The translations under genes and the position numbers were made by a program. From Moniliella sp. 'wahieum' (lineage: Eukaryota): 64,000 bases of DNA. Below the pieces are notes generated by a model. That model had not been told where the DNA came from and did no database searches. It worked only from the letters and a program-made list of their open reading frames with translations. The stretch lies in assembly GCA_003971905.1 (NCBI GenBank), contig RSEE01000065.1, positions 124,001 through 188,000 on the forward strand, in the 5' to 3' direction. Of this stretch, positions 1 through 13,631 are shown piece after piece; positions within the stretch are counted from its first letter, which is position 1; each line of letters begins with the position of its first letter.

Positions 1-1953
1 GTGGCTAGTGGGCGAGTGGGAAGGATCGCAGTGGCGGCTCACCTGGGTAAGGGATGTGTTGCGATGGGATGATGACACCAACTACCTGGACCTGGGCCCC
101 AGGCGCGCGTTGGTTCCGTCAGCCACGATTGTGGAGTTGGAGCCGATTACGCCGGATGCTGCGGTACCAGACCACCATGAGCGTCCGCGACGGCAGGCGG
201 CCCAGCAGGCTGATTTGCGCAATCAGTCGTTGGTCCAAACTTTTGGGCCCTATCAGGGCAAAACGCGGGACGAATCGTATCAACCGTCCCATCCCACTGC
301 CGCGGCTGCGACCCCAGTGGGAAATGGTGGGGACAATGGTGGGGATGTTCCTCCTCTGTGGGTGGATCCCCGCAATGAGTACGAAGCCCGGCGGGAGGAT
401 GCAAGCGAGTGGGAGCAGGCCTTCCGGGATGAGGTGAGTGAGAATCTGGAAGACCGTGGGGTCTGGGAGAGTGTGCAGCGGCCGGCGAAGGGAGGAGTGA
501 TGCCACGTGTGTTGAGAGGCCGCTTTGTCTGCCATTACAAAACCGAGGCCGGTCGACTAGTTCGGCGGCGAGCTCGGTGGGTAGGCCAGGGTTTCCGTCA
601 ACGCCCAGGCCTTGATTATGATCCAGCTACGTTATCTGCCCCCACTGTACGCTTCATGGTATTGCTAACTGTCATCGTTCTTGCTCTGCGTCTTGATTGG
701 CCCGTTTTCACTTGTGATGTCGTGTCCGCTTTTCTTTATGCCGACCTTCAGCCAAGCGAATACGTGTACATGGAACCGCCAAAGGGTTTCGGCGGGGAAG
801 ATGGTAAGGTGTGGCTACTCAAGAAAGCCCTGTATGGCCTCAAGCAGAGCTCACGGCGATGGTATGAGAAACTTACCAAGCTGCTCCAACTCATCGGCTG
901 CACCTATACTGTCGCCGACCCGTGCGTGTTTACCCGTGTACGCGGAGAAGACGTAGTCATCCTCTGTATATGGGTGGATGATGCTTGCGTCGCTGCCTCA
1001 TCTGCTGAGGCATACTACAACTTCTTACGGGACCTACGTCAACATGTGGATGTCAAGGACGGCGGTCCGTTAGCATACTTTCTGGGTGTGCGTTTCGTCT
1101 TTCGACCTGGAGAGTGCCATGTCTCTCAGGAGGACTATATTAAGGCGAGCATGCGCCGATTTGGACGTGAGGACGAGCCACCTCATCGTCAGCCCCTTCC
1201 TACGGGAACTCAACTTGTCCCCCGCGCTGAAGGCGAGCGACAGGGTCCAGAGGAGGGAGACACATCGCTTCGCCAGTGAGGTGGGAACACTTGGATGGAT
1301 CGCATCCTGCACTCGCCTGACATTGCTTTTGCTGTGCGCTCACTTGGACAATTCTGCGCTGACCCTGGTCCCCAACACTGGACGGCTTTGGCTGGGTATG
1401 GGGCTACCTGGGTCACATGCTGTCTAGCGCTGACTCCATCCTACCGTTGGCCCACCGCTGGAACTTTACACCGACAGCAGCTACAACGAAAGGTGGGACA
1501 GCAAGGCCACCTCTGGCTTGGCAATCTACGTTTTTGGTGCCTTGGTTGGCTGGCGCTCGGCCAAACAGCGCGTGGTGGGACGCAGCACTGGTGACTCCGA
1601 GTATGTGGCAGCGAGTGAGGGTGTCGCTCATTCTATGGCGCTGCGTGAACTGTTGGTGGAGCTTGGTGCTTTTCCAGCAGGTGTTCCCTTCGCGCTTCGG
1701 TGCGACTCATCCGTGGCAGTCGGTGTGCCAATAATTGGGGCTCTGCCAAAGGGACGCGGCACCTTGCTCGCTCCTACCACTATATTCGGGAGAGCAACCG
1801 CGCAGGGCTTGTCACTCTGTGTCCATCAAAGGTGTGGACAACGTCTCCGATCTCCACACCAAGAGCTTGGCCTACAGGGTCATGGAACCGCTGCGTGACC
1901 GCGACATGGGTCCTATTCCTGATCTCCCCCCACCTGGCCACTCCGGTGCCTAG
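1..1953 (+). mobile_element. Ty1/copia LTR retrotransposon pol, 3' part (reverse transcriptase + RNase H), truncated by window start
   Basis: Copia RT motifs RARWVGQGFRQRPGLDY, DVVSAFL, VYMEPPKGF, LKKALYGLKQSSRRW, DPCVF, WVDD; then across frameshifts TR-PDIAFAV, RNase H LYTDSS, VGWRSAKQRVVGRSTGDSEYVA, CDS, TRHLARSYHYIRE, NVSDLHTKSL; stop TAG 1951-1953. Confidence 0.96.
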
Positions 1954-1958
1954 GTTTT

Positions 1959-2186
1959 GGTGGGGATTGAGCTCAAGAGCTTGAGGAAAACCGTCGGTAC
2001 CGTCCTGGGCTGGTGGGATGTGACGCCACACTGGTGTAGTGGCGCCGGTAGCCCAAGTCCGGAACCTTCTGGTTTGTTCCGTGCAATATTCCTTCCTGGC
2101 TGGCAGGAATATTCTCTAGCCCTCTGTAGTTCATGTGCAATCAATTTAGGACCAACTGCCTGTCCTCTGGTCTTTTACACACGTCA
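1959..2186 (+). mobile_element. Putative polypurine tract and 3' LTR of the copia element (right end uncertain)
   Basis: GGTGGGGA immediately after the pol stop, followed by TG at 1968; second LTR copy lies outside the window so the end cannot be fixed. Confidence 0.4.
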
Positions 2187-2640
2187 GCCTCAGTCAGGGG
2201 ACGTGGCACGTGGAGACGCCTGAGCGCTGAGCCTGAGAGCCGGAGGCCTGTGTGAGCTCAGGTGTTGCATGTTATGCATGTTACGCGCGCGACGCATATA
2301 ACCAGGCCAGAGCCGAAGAGGGACTCAGCAACACACTCAGTGCAATCGCGGCTCCGCGATTCAATATGAAGGTGGCGTTGGAGAGATGTGGCAGCCGGTG
2401 GGCGCCATATACACGCGTACCACGTAACCTGTAACATGTAACAAGCCTCCTTCGCGCGCGCGCGTCTCCTGAATCCGACTGATCCGGGCCTGACTAATGA
2501 AGTTGTCGGTATTTCAGTGCATCAAGCCAAGGACTTCAAAGGACTAGTGAGCGCTGAGCCGCTGAGCCGCTGAGCCGCTAAGCCCCACCGCTGAGCGCCG
2601 TTAAGCTTTTAAGGCCGAAGGAGACCATTATGCATTATGG

Positions 2641-2668
2641 TTCAACGTTCAACGTTCAACGTTCAACG
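2641..2668. repeat. Heptamer tandem repeat (TTCAACG)x4
   Basis: ttcaacgttcaacgttcaacgttcaacg read directly. Confidence 0.95.
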
Positions 2669-3795
2669 CGGGCCAACGGTTCAAAACAGAGTCCTTCGAT
2701 CATATTGATCGGTCTGAGTGGGCAATCCTGGACTCTCCCGCGGCAAGCTTCAAGTCCAGAGGCAAGCAGGTCCAGACCGAAGCCAGGCCCAGACCCTGCC
2801 AGGCCCCGGCCAGCTGACCACAACCTCGGCTCCTTATTTGGACCGGCGCTGACCGGGACCCCACGTGCTGTATCCAGGGCCTGTTTGACGAACTCATCAA
2901 CGCCAACCATCTCAAAACGTCAATGTCAACGTGTCAACGTTCCACGAGACTGTGTTCTGTCAGTACTCAGTGCCACACACACCATTTATGTCAAAGCCTC
3001 TCCTCAGGCCTCAACGCGCCTCAACCGGACCCAACTGCAGTCATATCCTTTGATTCTTTTCAAGCTTCAAGCTCCAAGGACGAATGACTTTTCCCTTCAT
3101 GATGATCATGAGTGTTGCGATCAACTGCGGAAGCTTGAACTTCAAAAGGCGCTCAAACTTCAAGCTTCAAGCTTCAAGTTCAAGGGCCTCAGACTATCAA
3201 GGTCTCACTTATACTATTCTCCCGCCTTTTCTGACTGCGGTAATAGCGGCTGGCCATCAGCTGTGACGCGTGACGAGGGAGAGACCCCAGACGCAAGGTA
3301 GGGTACAGAAGGGTACATAGGGGTACAGAAGAGCGATGCATGGTGTATCATGATGGATGATGTATAATGCATAATGTATGATCTGCCTGATCACGGAGAG
3401 GGCGCACCCTGCACCAGTAGGCACTTGATCCAAACGCGTGCATGAGCTGATTTGTTGCCTCTGCCCAAAGCCCTAGGGCCTAGGCGCCGCCAAAGGCTCC
3501 AAGCCCACCACCGACACGACCCGTTTCCACCCTCTCGCCAAGCCAGTCCAAACGCCGCCTTGTGCTCTCTTGCATCTCTCACGGCGATGACGGATGGCGT
3601 CGATGAGGCGCATGAGTGCGGTACACTCATCTTTTTCGCCTCGGGATGATCCAGCAGCTGCCCTCGCTCTATCGCGCGTCTGAATTCGCCTCCTGTAGTT
3701 TAATTACCGGGGGACACAGCGATTGATCTGTCGCGTCCCAATGGACTTCCCCCCATAACCACACCCAAACGAATCCGCCCCCCTTCGTCGTGCAT

Positions 3796-5040
3796 ATGCT
3801 GCCTTCATCGCCCCCTCCGCCTCTACATCGTCCCACCACACTCTTGTCTTCCCGAACAAGCTCCAGTCGCCCTTCCTCGATTCGTCCAATCTCGCCGTTG
3901 CTCTTGGATTCTCTGGATGCGAGCGGGGTGCAACGCGCAGTCCCGCCGCTCCAACGGTCCGCCACTGTCACAACCTCGCCCTGGATTTCTCAACCCACAA
4001 GTCCGCTTCCCTCAGAGCAGAGGATGCGCCGCACAGCCCGGCTGTGACCAAGGAGCCGAGACGAGCTCGGGCCATGACAACTCTCCCATGCTCTCGATGG
4101 GGCCATCCGCCAATGCTGTTGGGCAGAGCAGCGAAAGGAATGGGAAGGAGGATGCGTTCGCGCCCCAGAGTGTGCCTCTGGAGGCTACCTCTTCCCCCCT
4201 TGGTCCATCTCACAGTACTGGGTACCATTGGGTTGGTCTGTTACGTCGCTTGCGCTTGGGATCCCATGGTGAGCGATCCCCACGCCTTGCATTCCCAACC
4301 GATCCATCACCCGGACTCCTTGGTCGTCCTTCTTCCGAAGATGGTGCCGACCCTGTGGATCCGCACACCTTCTTTCCTTGCCCGCCTTCGACCTTCCATG
4401 GGAACCGTGCCGATACAGGAAAAAAGTTTCCTTTGAGAGGGCCAGCAGGCTCGGCTCGCGGTCTCCCGCCGAGGAGACTGGACCGAGTAGAAGCTCCTCT
4501 GCTGGAGCAAGGGGCGCTAGTACTTCAACGGAACCACCATTTGGAACGAATGCGTCCCAATGTCATCTTCGACTGGGACTCGTACATGGGCGCGCCCCGA
4601 GGGGAGTGAGTGGCTGTACGTCCACCAAGGTCTGTTGCACGAGCAGTCTCTCTTCACTCTCCTTTCCTTGGTGGCCGAGCGCGTAGATAGCGCTTTGGAC
4701 CTAATGGGGGTGGAGACCCAAATGACCCCGGCTCATCCGTATGTGTGGCTAGCCGCTGGCATGCCGCACCCACCCCAAGGGGTCGACTTGTGACTGGAAG
4801 GGAACCGTGGTTTTTTCCATTGAACTGACTCGGATCGCCAAGGTGCCTGGCTTGGCCAGCGTCGATCTCAAGCGAATTGCGGGTTGCGGTGCAGAGGAGT
4901 GTACGACCGGGTTTACCATACTTTTTTCGGCTGTGCGACTTGACTACAGACCCTTCCGTTTGACATGGGGTTGTTACTGGGGAGGCTGGACTGTCATGGA
5001 CGGCTATATCCCAGTAGTCATCCACCAAGTCCAGCAATGA
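3796..5040 (+). CDS. Hypothetical protein: Ser/Pro-rich N-terminus plus C-terminal KA1-like (kinase-associated) domain, no kinase domain; frameshifted
   Basis: Joined frames give LYVHQGLLHEQSLFT..VAERVDSALDLMGVETQ..YVW and VVFSIELTRIAKVPGLASVDLKRIAG, resembling the C-terminal KA1 region of fungal CAMKL kinases; end uncertain (4942-5040). Confidence 0.5.
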
Positions 5041-6002
5041 ACTGGGATTCATCAAAGTTGAGTCTCTACCCTTTTCTCATTTTGAAGAGCCCAGATGAAG
5101 TGTACGATCAAATTCAAGCTTGATGGACCTTGTTTTTGGACGCCACAAGTATCTTTCAGTGGCGCTGCAGCGCGCCTTGTGTTTTGGAACGAAGTTCTAG
5201 TGTATTGTGAAATGTGGGTTATCCCCTGTACCTCTCTTTCCACATCTTCATGATCGATTTATACGCAGTTAGCAGGAGTGCCTGATGCTTACCCCGACGT
5301 TGCGCAACAGCCGTGCGCGTGCGATGAGCGAGTCCCGCATCCATCTAGACCGCGTGAGATTTGCCGTAGGTCTGTGAGTTTGTGGGGACCACACTCATTC
5401 TACAGTGGGGTGAGTGTTACGAGACCGTACTAGCACCGTCCCCTCTCCCCTTCTGCCCAGTGGTTTTCTCGCCACTATCTTTTGGTTAAGATGAGCAGTT
5501 AAGGAGGGAGATGACCACGAGACTACTGCTAGTTCCCCTTTTGCTCCTCATCCTTCCCACATCGCATACCCCATTTCGACAAAACTTATAAAGCTTCTGC
5601 ATTGCTGGTCTGTTCGATGCTCAATCCCCCTTGAAGCATCAGCTCGGGTTTAGTTTTCTTCCTCAGTCCTTCCATTCAACGCGTTGAGTCCAACTCTCTT
5701 ACCTGATGGGGCCGCGATCGCGCTTGCAAAGGCGGATGCGGAGGCAACGTCCTACATGTCACACGCTGCACACTGTGGTCTGACGACTAAGCTTCACTTT
5801 ACCAGAACCACTGCTTGCGCTAGTAGAGGCAAAGCTCACCCAAGAGGGGGGGCAAAATGCTGAGGCATAAATGGAGCACGGGGGACATGGGCGGACAAGA
5901 AATGTAGAGTACAGAGCCCAATCAGTACCAGCCTTTGCTCCATACCGACGTGGAGAGTGAGTGAGCGGGTTATGAGGTGGGGAGGAGGAGGGGGGGCACG
6001 GC

Positions 6003-9000
6003 CTACTGCCCCTGGGCGGGGACCGATGACGGGAACGGATACGACATGGCGAGGGTACTCTTGATGTTGTCCAGGATGCGCGAAATCTCACTGGCACAGG
6101 TACCTGCAGCGTGGTTGGTGGTGCGCGCAGCAGTCGGGCCATGGTGTACAGCGTTCCCCAAGGATGCGGGCGCATGACCACGATCCGCTCGAGCAGAACG
6201 CGAAGGATCTGGCCTTGCACCTGGGAAGGTACCTCTGAGTCCTCGGGGACCAGACAAGCGGGGGGGGGCAGCAAATAAGTGGACCAACACCGTCGATGCA
6301 AACTGCATCGACGCACAGGGAAAGCGCAGCTGATTGGCCAGCGCAGAGAGGAGGAGGAGGAGCGATGCGGTCCGAGCTGGCCAAGAGTAAGCTCACCAGT
6401 TCACTGGCCTTGGCAATTGTTGCCTCATCAGGGGCTTCAGCCACACGCTGGCCCAGCGCTTGCGCCAATGCATTGAGAATAGGTTGAGCGACCATGAGGG
6501 CTTGCTCCTCTTCCTGCTCTTCGGTCTCGGCAGGAGTGAGAGTCGTGATGCTGACAACATGAGCGACAATCGTACCGAGCGAGGCAGGGGGGGGGCGGTA
6601 AAGTAATTAGCAAGGAGTGCGCTGACCTTAGCCCAAACAGGACTCGCATTGCCTCGAGCGTTGCGGGGGCTGAAGCTGGTTCCAACCTCGCTTCGGGGAG
6701 CAGGGCCAGGTCAACAGCCGGGTCGAGTGGGTCGGGAAGGCGCGAAGTTGGCGCGGGTAGGCACAGAGAAGGATGTTGCGCAACTGGACAAACTCGCGCG
6801 GGATCAGGTCGCAGAGAGGGAGAGCATAAAAGGCAAGGAACTCTGGGAAATCGTGCAGGAGCAACATAAAGATCCGGATCGCACCCAGATAGATTGACTG
6901 GGTCGTCTCCGTTCCCGCACCAACACGGCGTACGAGGGCAATGAGGCGAACTTGGGCCTGCAGGAGGGGGTAAAAGGCGTCCCACCCTTGACCGTCGGGG
7001 CAGAGAGAAGATGAGGAAGGAAGGCGCGATGCGAGATGAGTGACATCCAAGCATGGGTGTAACCCGCGAAGAGACTTGGCTGTAGTGCCAATAGACTAGG
7101 TGCGACCGCCACCAAGCAGGATACGTATCGGCTACCCAGCATAGGCGAGCTTTGGTGGAGGAGATGAAGAATGGAGCTGAACACGCGGAAGAACGTCTTG
7201 CCCGCCTCAGGTTGCGGATGCACATCCACAAACACCAGCACGATCACCAGCAGCATCTTGTGCAGTAAAATTACCTGGTTGCCCGAATGGAACGTGGTGA
7301 GCAGCACCACCAACTGGGCCAAGGCGTCGAGGGGGGTGTAGGCCGTTAGGCTTTGCCCAGCGTTCAAGCGGGTTTGAAGAGCATGACCCTTGATACATTC
7401 ATGGGTGCAGACGCGAAGGAAGAGCGCCGTGTTAGCTTCGCTCTTGAGGACGTCCGCCGCCTGCGCACGGTCGACAAACTCGAGGAAGGCTTTGTCCACA
7501 TTAACCGCCTCCTCAAATGCCAACACCCACTGGCCAAACCAATCTGCCATCACGTCTCGCACCGCCGGATCATCTAACGAAGCCGCCTCACCGACATGCT
7601 GCCAAAGACCGTCATGCAGAACAGACTTGACACTAACAGAGAAACACGTCAGTACACAGTCCACAAATGACAAAAAACGTACGAGTCGCTCGCCTGTCCA
7701 GCCTCCGACGTGGCACGAAGCATGGTGATAATGTGTCGCAGTTGGGTACGCGTAGCAACCGACTTGGTCGCTTCCTGGACAAACGCGGCGTTCATCTCAG
7801 CCTTGTCCGCGCCAGATTGAGCCCACTGAGCATCCACTTCGCCCACCCGCACCAGCTGTTCCTCAACCAAGGCAATCATGCAGGAACGTGCCGCACGTCC
7901 CACTGGCCATCGCCATAAACCAACCAAGCTGCCACCTCGCCTTGGGCGGGGGCGACAGGGCACACAGGCGCTGAAGAAGGGTGATGAGCGAGTTTAGCGC
8001 CAGCAGCTCCTGCGCCGGCGTTCTATCTTCCCCTGTTGCCCAAAGAAGCGCAACCACTTTCGAGGCAAACAAGAGTGCCGTTTCGTCCTTGCGTGGGCTG
8101 CCGCACCAGTTCGATGACCGAGAGCAGCAGCGCCGGCAGTTCGCTGTCCGGCGGCAGCTGGTCCAGAGCTGTGGCCTCTGCTCCGTCGGCGGTACGGGCA
8201 AGGCGGACGACGCGGTCAAAGTCGGGACCGAAGCGGTTGAAGAGCTGCAAGGCAAACGAGCCATCTGTTGGACGAGGACGTGAGACAGAAGAACGACCAA
8301 AGTCGTCGTAAACCCGTAGCTGAGCGGGGGAGAGACCATCAGCGCTGAGACGAAGCAAGTCCGGCAAAGCTGAAGCATAAGCAATATGCACGCTTTGGTC
8401 AGGATCCGCAAAAGGTCCCGGTGCGTTGCGTGCAGCCAAATGCGGAGCCAGAATGACATCCAGGTCCGCCACAGCCTTCTGCTGCGCAGCCCTCTCAACC
8501 ATTTTGCTCGCCATGTCGACGTTCTCGTTCATAAGGCTCGCCAGGGCCTCGACAGGAAGCGAGGCTTCGCTGAACCCGCCATCGAGGAAAATCATGTGGG
8601 CATGCTGGACCATCGACGTGCGGAGCGGGTCCTTGGATGTCACATACGCAATCGACCCTACTACGTCTTTGACCATCTGGTGCGCAGCGTGAGATAGCTT
8701 GGCCGAGTCGGACTCGAGAGCAAAGTCTTTGAGGACCAGCTCCTTGGTCGATAAGTTGCCAATCGTTGCCGAGCGCTCCACAACGGGGGGAGCAATGTCC
8801 CGCACGGCACGCTCAATCGCAACACACAGCATGCGTTTCAGGGTCGCGTTGGTCGCAAACAAGCTTAGAGTCGGAGGGATGACAATCAACTCGGGGAGGG
8901 AGGCGAGCATGCTTTGCAGCAGCGCAGAGTAGGGCATGGCTTCCTGGCCCATTGCAGGCTCCGGGACAGGTTCGACTCCCTCGGCCGATGCGGGGACAAG

Positions 9001-12000
9001 TGCTTCCTCTTCGGCGCCATTATTCAAAAGCGAAGTAGGCTCCACCTCGGCCATATTGATCTCGAGAGTTTTGCACATGACTTCAATCTCAAACTTGAGA
9101 TTGAGTTTGAGGCCCGCATAGTGGTAGAGTTCGACGAGCAAGGCCAGCACCGCTGCCAGCCAAGGGTTGGGCAACTTGAATACATCGCTCGTTTTGCACT
9201 GTTCCAAGACCTTGCACACGAACGGAATGGCCGCAATAAGGCGACCCGACTTGTACCCTTGTAGCAGCAGCTCCTTGAAGGCAATGTTGCGGTGCTTGAT
9301 GGGAATGTTGCGGGCGAGGGTCAAGCTGCCGAGCCACGAGGCCAGTTTTTGAGTAAGGTTCGTTCCGAAGAGGAGGTCAAAGTCGTCTCATTGTTGAGTA
9401 GCGTCTTAATCTTGACCATCGATTCACGCAAAATGTACCGCATCAGACGCGGGCCGCCCTCAATTCCCTCAATCAGCGATGCATAAAGCGAGTGGTTATT
9501 GGGCTCGATCGAGACACGTTGGAGAACAAGATAGTGGGCAAACCAATTGTACAGCTCTGGGGAAATTAGTGCCTTGGCGTCCCCCAGTTAGTATCGAGGT
9601 TGGACTTGGACAGGTTGTTGACCAAAAAGAGAATCTTGTCGCTCACATCCTCCGACGGTTCCTCCTGATCCTCCTTGTCGTCCAATTCATCCGGGTGAAT
9701 GGCCGTGAACGGCTCAGAGATAATAGCCTGGGTCACGGCGCGCACCGGTCCATCCTCCCCGGTCGTTGTCGGCTCGGTTAGCCCACCATCAGAGCGATTA
9801 GCTGAGACATGCTGCGCTTCTTGAATCATGCGCACAACGTCCGGTCTACCCTGGGCAATGGCTGGGATGGAAAGAAGAGCTTGAGAAAGCGGGGGCCACT
9901 CGGACAGACGCCGAGTAAAGTTTTGAAGTGCTTGAATTCCAAACGTAAACAACGGCGAAGACGGCGGCTTGCGCAATGCGTCAAGCACATAGCGGATCGC
10001 AATACCAAGCGGGATGTAGTCCACAAGTTCCTCATTGATAATCTGACCAAAGACGGTGGCAGCAATGCCCAGTTCGCGTGGGGGGTAGTCGCGTTCAAAG
10101 CAGCGGTACTCATCAAAGAGAGTGTGCACCAGACAGGCAAACAGCTGCTTCTGCCTAGGGTTATCACTTTCCTTCGTCCGCTTGAGGAGCGCAATCATTT
10201 CCTCCACTTTTCTGGCCCGAATACAGAGTGCGGTAATAGTCATCCGCCTCAGCTTGTATGTCGGATGGGAAGGACGCAACTTGCAGCCCAGGCTCCATGT
10301 TCTCACTGCCCGGAACGAGGTTCATCAGCCGCGGATGAACCTGGAGACAGACGTTACGGACTGACTTGAACGAGTCAATCTCGTCCTCACTCATCTCGTC
10401 CCCATGCGAGCGCAAGGCATAAAGAAAGGCGGCTACCGTCGACGGTGTGAGCGAGGTGATATGGTTATTGGCGCTTTTGCCCGCCAACTCGTCTTGGGCC
10501 TTGCGCTCGAGAAAGTCGAGCGCAGCTCGGACAAAGGCATGCGGTTGGGCTGCGATGCCCTGATCGAGCCACTTAGAGATATCCTGCCGTCCGTCCCGAT
10601 CAGCCAGGTTGGCGAGCTCAAATACCAGTGCCACTTCGGCCGCCGGTGTGGAGGCTGTGATTAAGGTCGAGTCCGTGGTCTGCGATAGAAGCCCGAGCTC
10701 GTTGAGTACCGAAAAGATACGAGGCAAGATGGCCGGCTGCGTCGCTGCGGTGCTTGCCAGTGCATGTATGGCAAACATAGGATCATGCCGAAAGAGATAG
10801 CAGAGGGCGAGCTCAACATTGGACTGGAACGTCGAAAGCAACACACTGACCAATTGGAGACAAAAGTTGGTGTGAATCTCCGGCCAGGGTCGCGGGACTT
10901 GACTAAAGCCGATCAGCATCAATTCAGCGTTCTGCTTGACGGCCTTGTCGAGCAAGTCTGTTACGACAACGCGCAATGTCGTATTCTCCAAGCGCAACCC
11001 GGCTGAGAGCAGGTTAGCCACGTCTTGGTTGTTCCAGCGCGATCCGACAACCTGGCGTGCTTGGGCTTGGAAGCGTCGCTGAAACCGTCTCCAAACCATC
11101 CTCCTTTGGGGAGCTAGTCTCATTGCGCTCCAGAAGGCAGTGGTAACGTTTCGGGGTTGACGATTTGGTTTAGAACCCATGTCGACATGTCGAACGTTGG
11201 TGGCTCGAGCATTAGCAGCCCACGGATGAGCAGAAGCTGGGCCAAGGGGTGGCGCCATGTGTCCCACAGTGCGTCCAACACGGAGGGATGGGCAAGTCTG
11301 CGCGCATGGCTGGCAATGACAGCCAGACCATAGGTCTGCTCCGCGTCAGGTTGGGTGGCTGGGGTGGCGAGTTCGTCAAACAGACCGACCACGCGGGGCC
11401 AGTTGATGTTGTGGCGTTTAGCGTGCCGATGCATGGCCCAGGCTGGGCCAATGGACAGCGTACTTGTTTTCAGCCACCGACCCGGAGGGTTCGACGGGCT
11501 CACAGAGCAGCGCAAGAAGCAGCTGCGCGATGGCCCGATCGTCGGGCGGGGAGGGTGGTGTGGGTAAACTGGAAGACAGCAAGCGCAGCATGGAAGACGG
11601 GACGGACGGTTAGGGTAGAGAGGGGTCCAATGCTGGCAGGATATCTGCGGCGGTGCGTGTCTGCATGAGGCTAAGCGAGAGTCAGGAGGGAAGAGCGCAA
11701 GGGCCAACGGCAGGCAACGTACCGCAGTGGGGAGTGCTTGGGTCAGGGCCTGGGCAGCGAGGTCGGCACCGACGTGCTCAATGGCAGCGCGGACGAACGC
11801 ACGCTGAAAGAGACGGGCCAGGCCGGGGCGTCGGGGGCAGCGTCGGAGAGACGGTGGTGAGCAGGGCGGAGAGGGCGCTGAGCGCGGGTTGGGTCTGGGC
11901 CGGCGGGGGCGGGAGGCGGCGAGGGCGAGGGGAGGGACCTGCTGGTGGAGGGCGGCGAGGGCGGAGGCAAACATGCGGTTGTCGGGAGAGGCGGCCGAGT

Positions 12001-12046
12001 CGCCAGCGGCGGCGGCTCGGCGGGAGAGCGCGCCGCCGGCGCGCAT
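6003..12046 (-). CDS. NOT1: CCR4-NOT complex scaffold subunit Not1 (multiple apparent frameshifts; intron ~7633-7683)
   Basis: LFDEYRCFERDYPPRELGIAATVFGQII; SDKILFLVNNLS; LARNIPIKHRNIAFKELLLQGY; AIPFVCKVLEQ; PNPWL; LKLNLKFEIEV; AWMSLISHRAFLP; LLHDFPEFL; RPHPWG; start approximate. Confidence 0.96.
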
Positions 12047-12291
12047 GGCACAGACGACGGGCGGAGGAGGTGGTGGTGGGGCGCAGCCGGCGGCGCGGTG
12101 GGCGCGGCGCGGAGGGCGGCCGCGTTGCCCAACCCTAGCATCGGCCGGTCTGGATCCAATCTGGAATGGTCTAACGTCAGCGCTTCCGCCGCATGGAGGC
12201 GCGCTCTGCTGCGCGATCATTAAGGTGATCTACCTTCCGTCTCTCCCTCCATCTGTCTACACAGCTAGATACAATGGGGTATCGGCATTGC

Positions 12292-13631
12292 CTAGCTCCC
12301 GGGCACATGACAGAGCCACACCAGCACGCTCGGCACCCACGCGGCCAGCGCCATGAGCAGCAGCCGTAGCCAAGGGCGCAGCAGGCGGTGGCGCTCGGAC
12401 CTGGCCACACCGGCAGAGCGAAAGTGGGCAGGGTGTGAGCGGGAGCGGGCGTGCGCATGTGCTTCTCGACCCGCAGCAGCCAAGGGTAAGTGCATCGAGC
12501 GAGTTCGCCGCATCCGACGGCGTGGTCGTGCAGGGGAGCATGGCGGAAATGGCGGCACGCGACTAGCTTGGTCAAAAAGGATGGTCGAGTCGTGGAGGTT
12601 GCGCACCGACACATACAGCAGCATGCCCGCCACGATCGTCCGTCCCACCGCAGGCACCTGGGTTCCAGCGGGAAACACTGCCCCGGCCAGCCACCCTACA
12701 AGCACGAAAGGCACAGCCCATGAGCGGCATAAAGAGTGGAGGACGGCCAAGTCGAATGCCAAGCAACAAGGCGGCGCTCGTGCTCAGCGATATGGCCGGA
12801 ACGAGAGGCAGGAACGAAGCCTCAGAGCCAATCTGAAAGGCACAGTGGCACATGTAAACGGCTGCACTGAGCACAACACTTGGTCGGATATGAGCCGGGT
12901 CCACCGGCACGAGGAGGCAGTACAAGGTCGAGTACGTCCGAGTAGCCGCCCAGCGGGAGAGAAGGACATGCCATCGTGATGGCTGGCGCCGCTTAGCACG
13001 AGGTGGACGGAATTGCTGGGGGCGACGGGTGCGAAGATGCGGCTGTGTGTGTTGACTCCCGCGTTCTTCTTCTTCGGCCCCGCTCGATTCATCCGCATCA
13101 TCCGCATCCCACTCGGCCAACTCGTGAGACTCGGGATGGCCCGAGACCAGGGGCGGGAGACCGGAGCAGGATGGGGATCGGCGGGCACTTCAAAATCGTG
13201 CACCGTGACTTCAAGAGGAGCGTACCCCTGTTCCTGCGCCATAGGCAGGGGAAGAGCCGCGATAACACTGTCGAAAATCCATAGCAGGAAGACGCCGAGC
13301 AAGAGCAGGGCGCCAAAGGCCGGCGCGAGCTTCTTGGAGTTCGTGCTCTTCGTGGCTGGAAGAAGAAGGGGAGGGAGGAGAGGAGGAAGACAAAGTGGAG
13401 CTGCTGCTGTGCGTGGCCCAGAGCAGGATGCGCACTGGCGACGAGCACATGCGCGGCAGCAGGCGCCGCGAGGCCGAGACTGAGGCCGAGAAGCGCTGCG
13501 CTGGCCAGCGTCGAGGAGCACGCAGCAGCAGCGGGGCTGGCGCGCGCGACGAGGAGGGCAGCGGTGCTGGAGCCCAGCACAGCGACGCCAGCGCCAGCAA
13601 CACGCACTGCAGCGGCCAGGGCCCAGGCCAT
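12292..13631 (-). CDS. Divergent multi-pass membrane protein, probably ZIP family metal transporter (Atx2/ZIP9-like); frameshifted
   Basis: Hydrophobic segments STLASAALLGLSLGLAAP, FGALLLLGVFLLWIFD, long loop, SHHDGM, AAVYMCHCAFQIG, VAGMLLYVSV, terminal LLLMALAAWVP follow the 3+5 TM ZIP layout. Confidence 0.45.
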
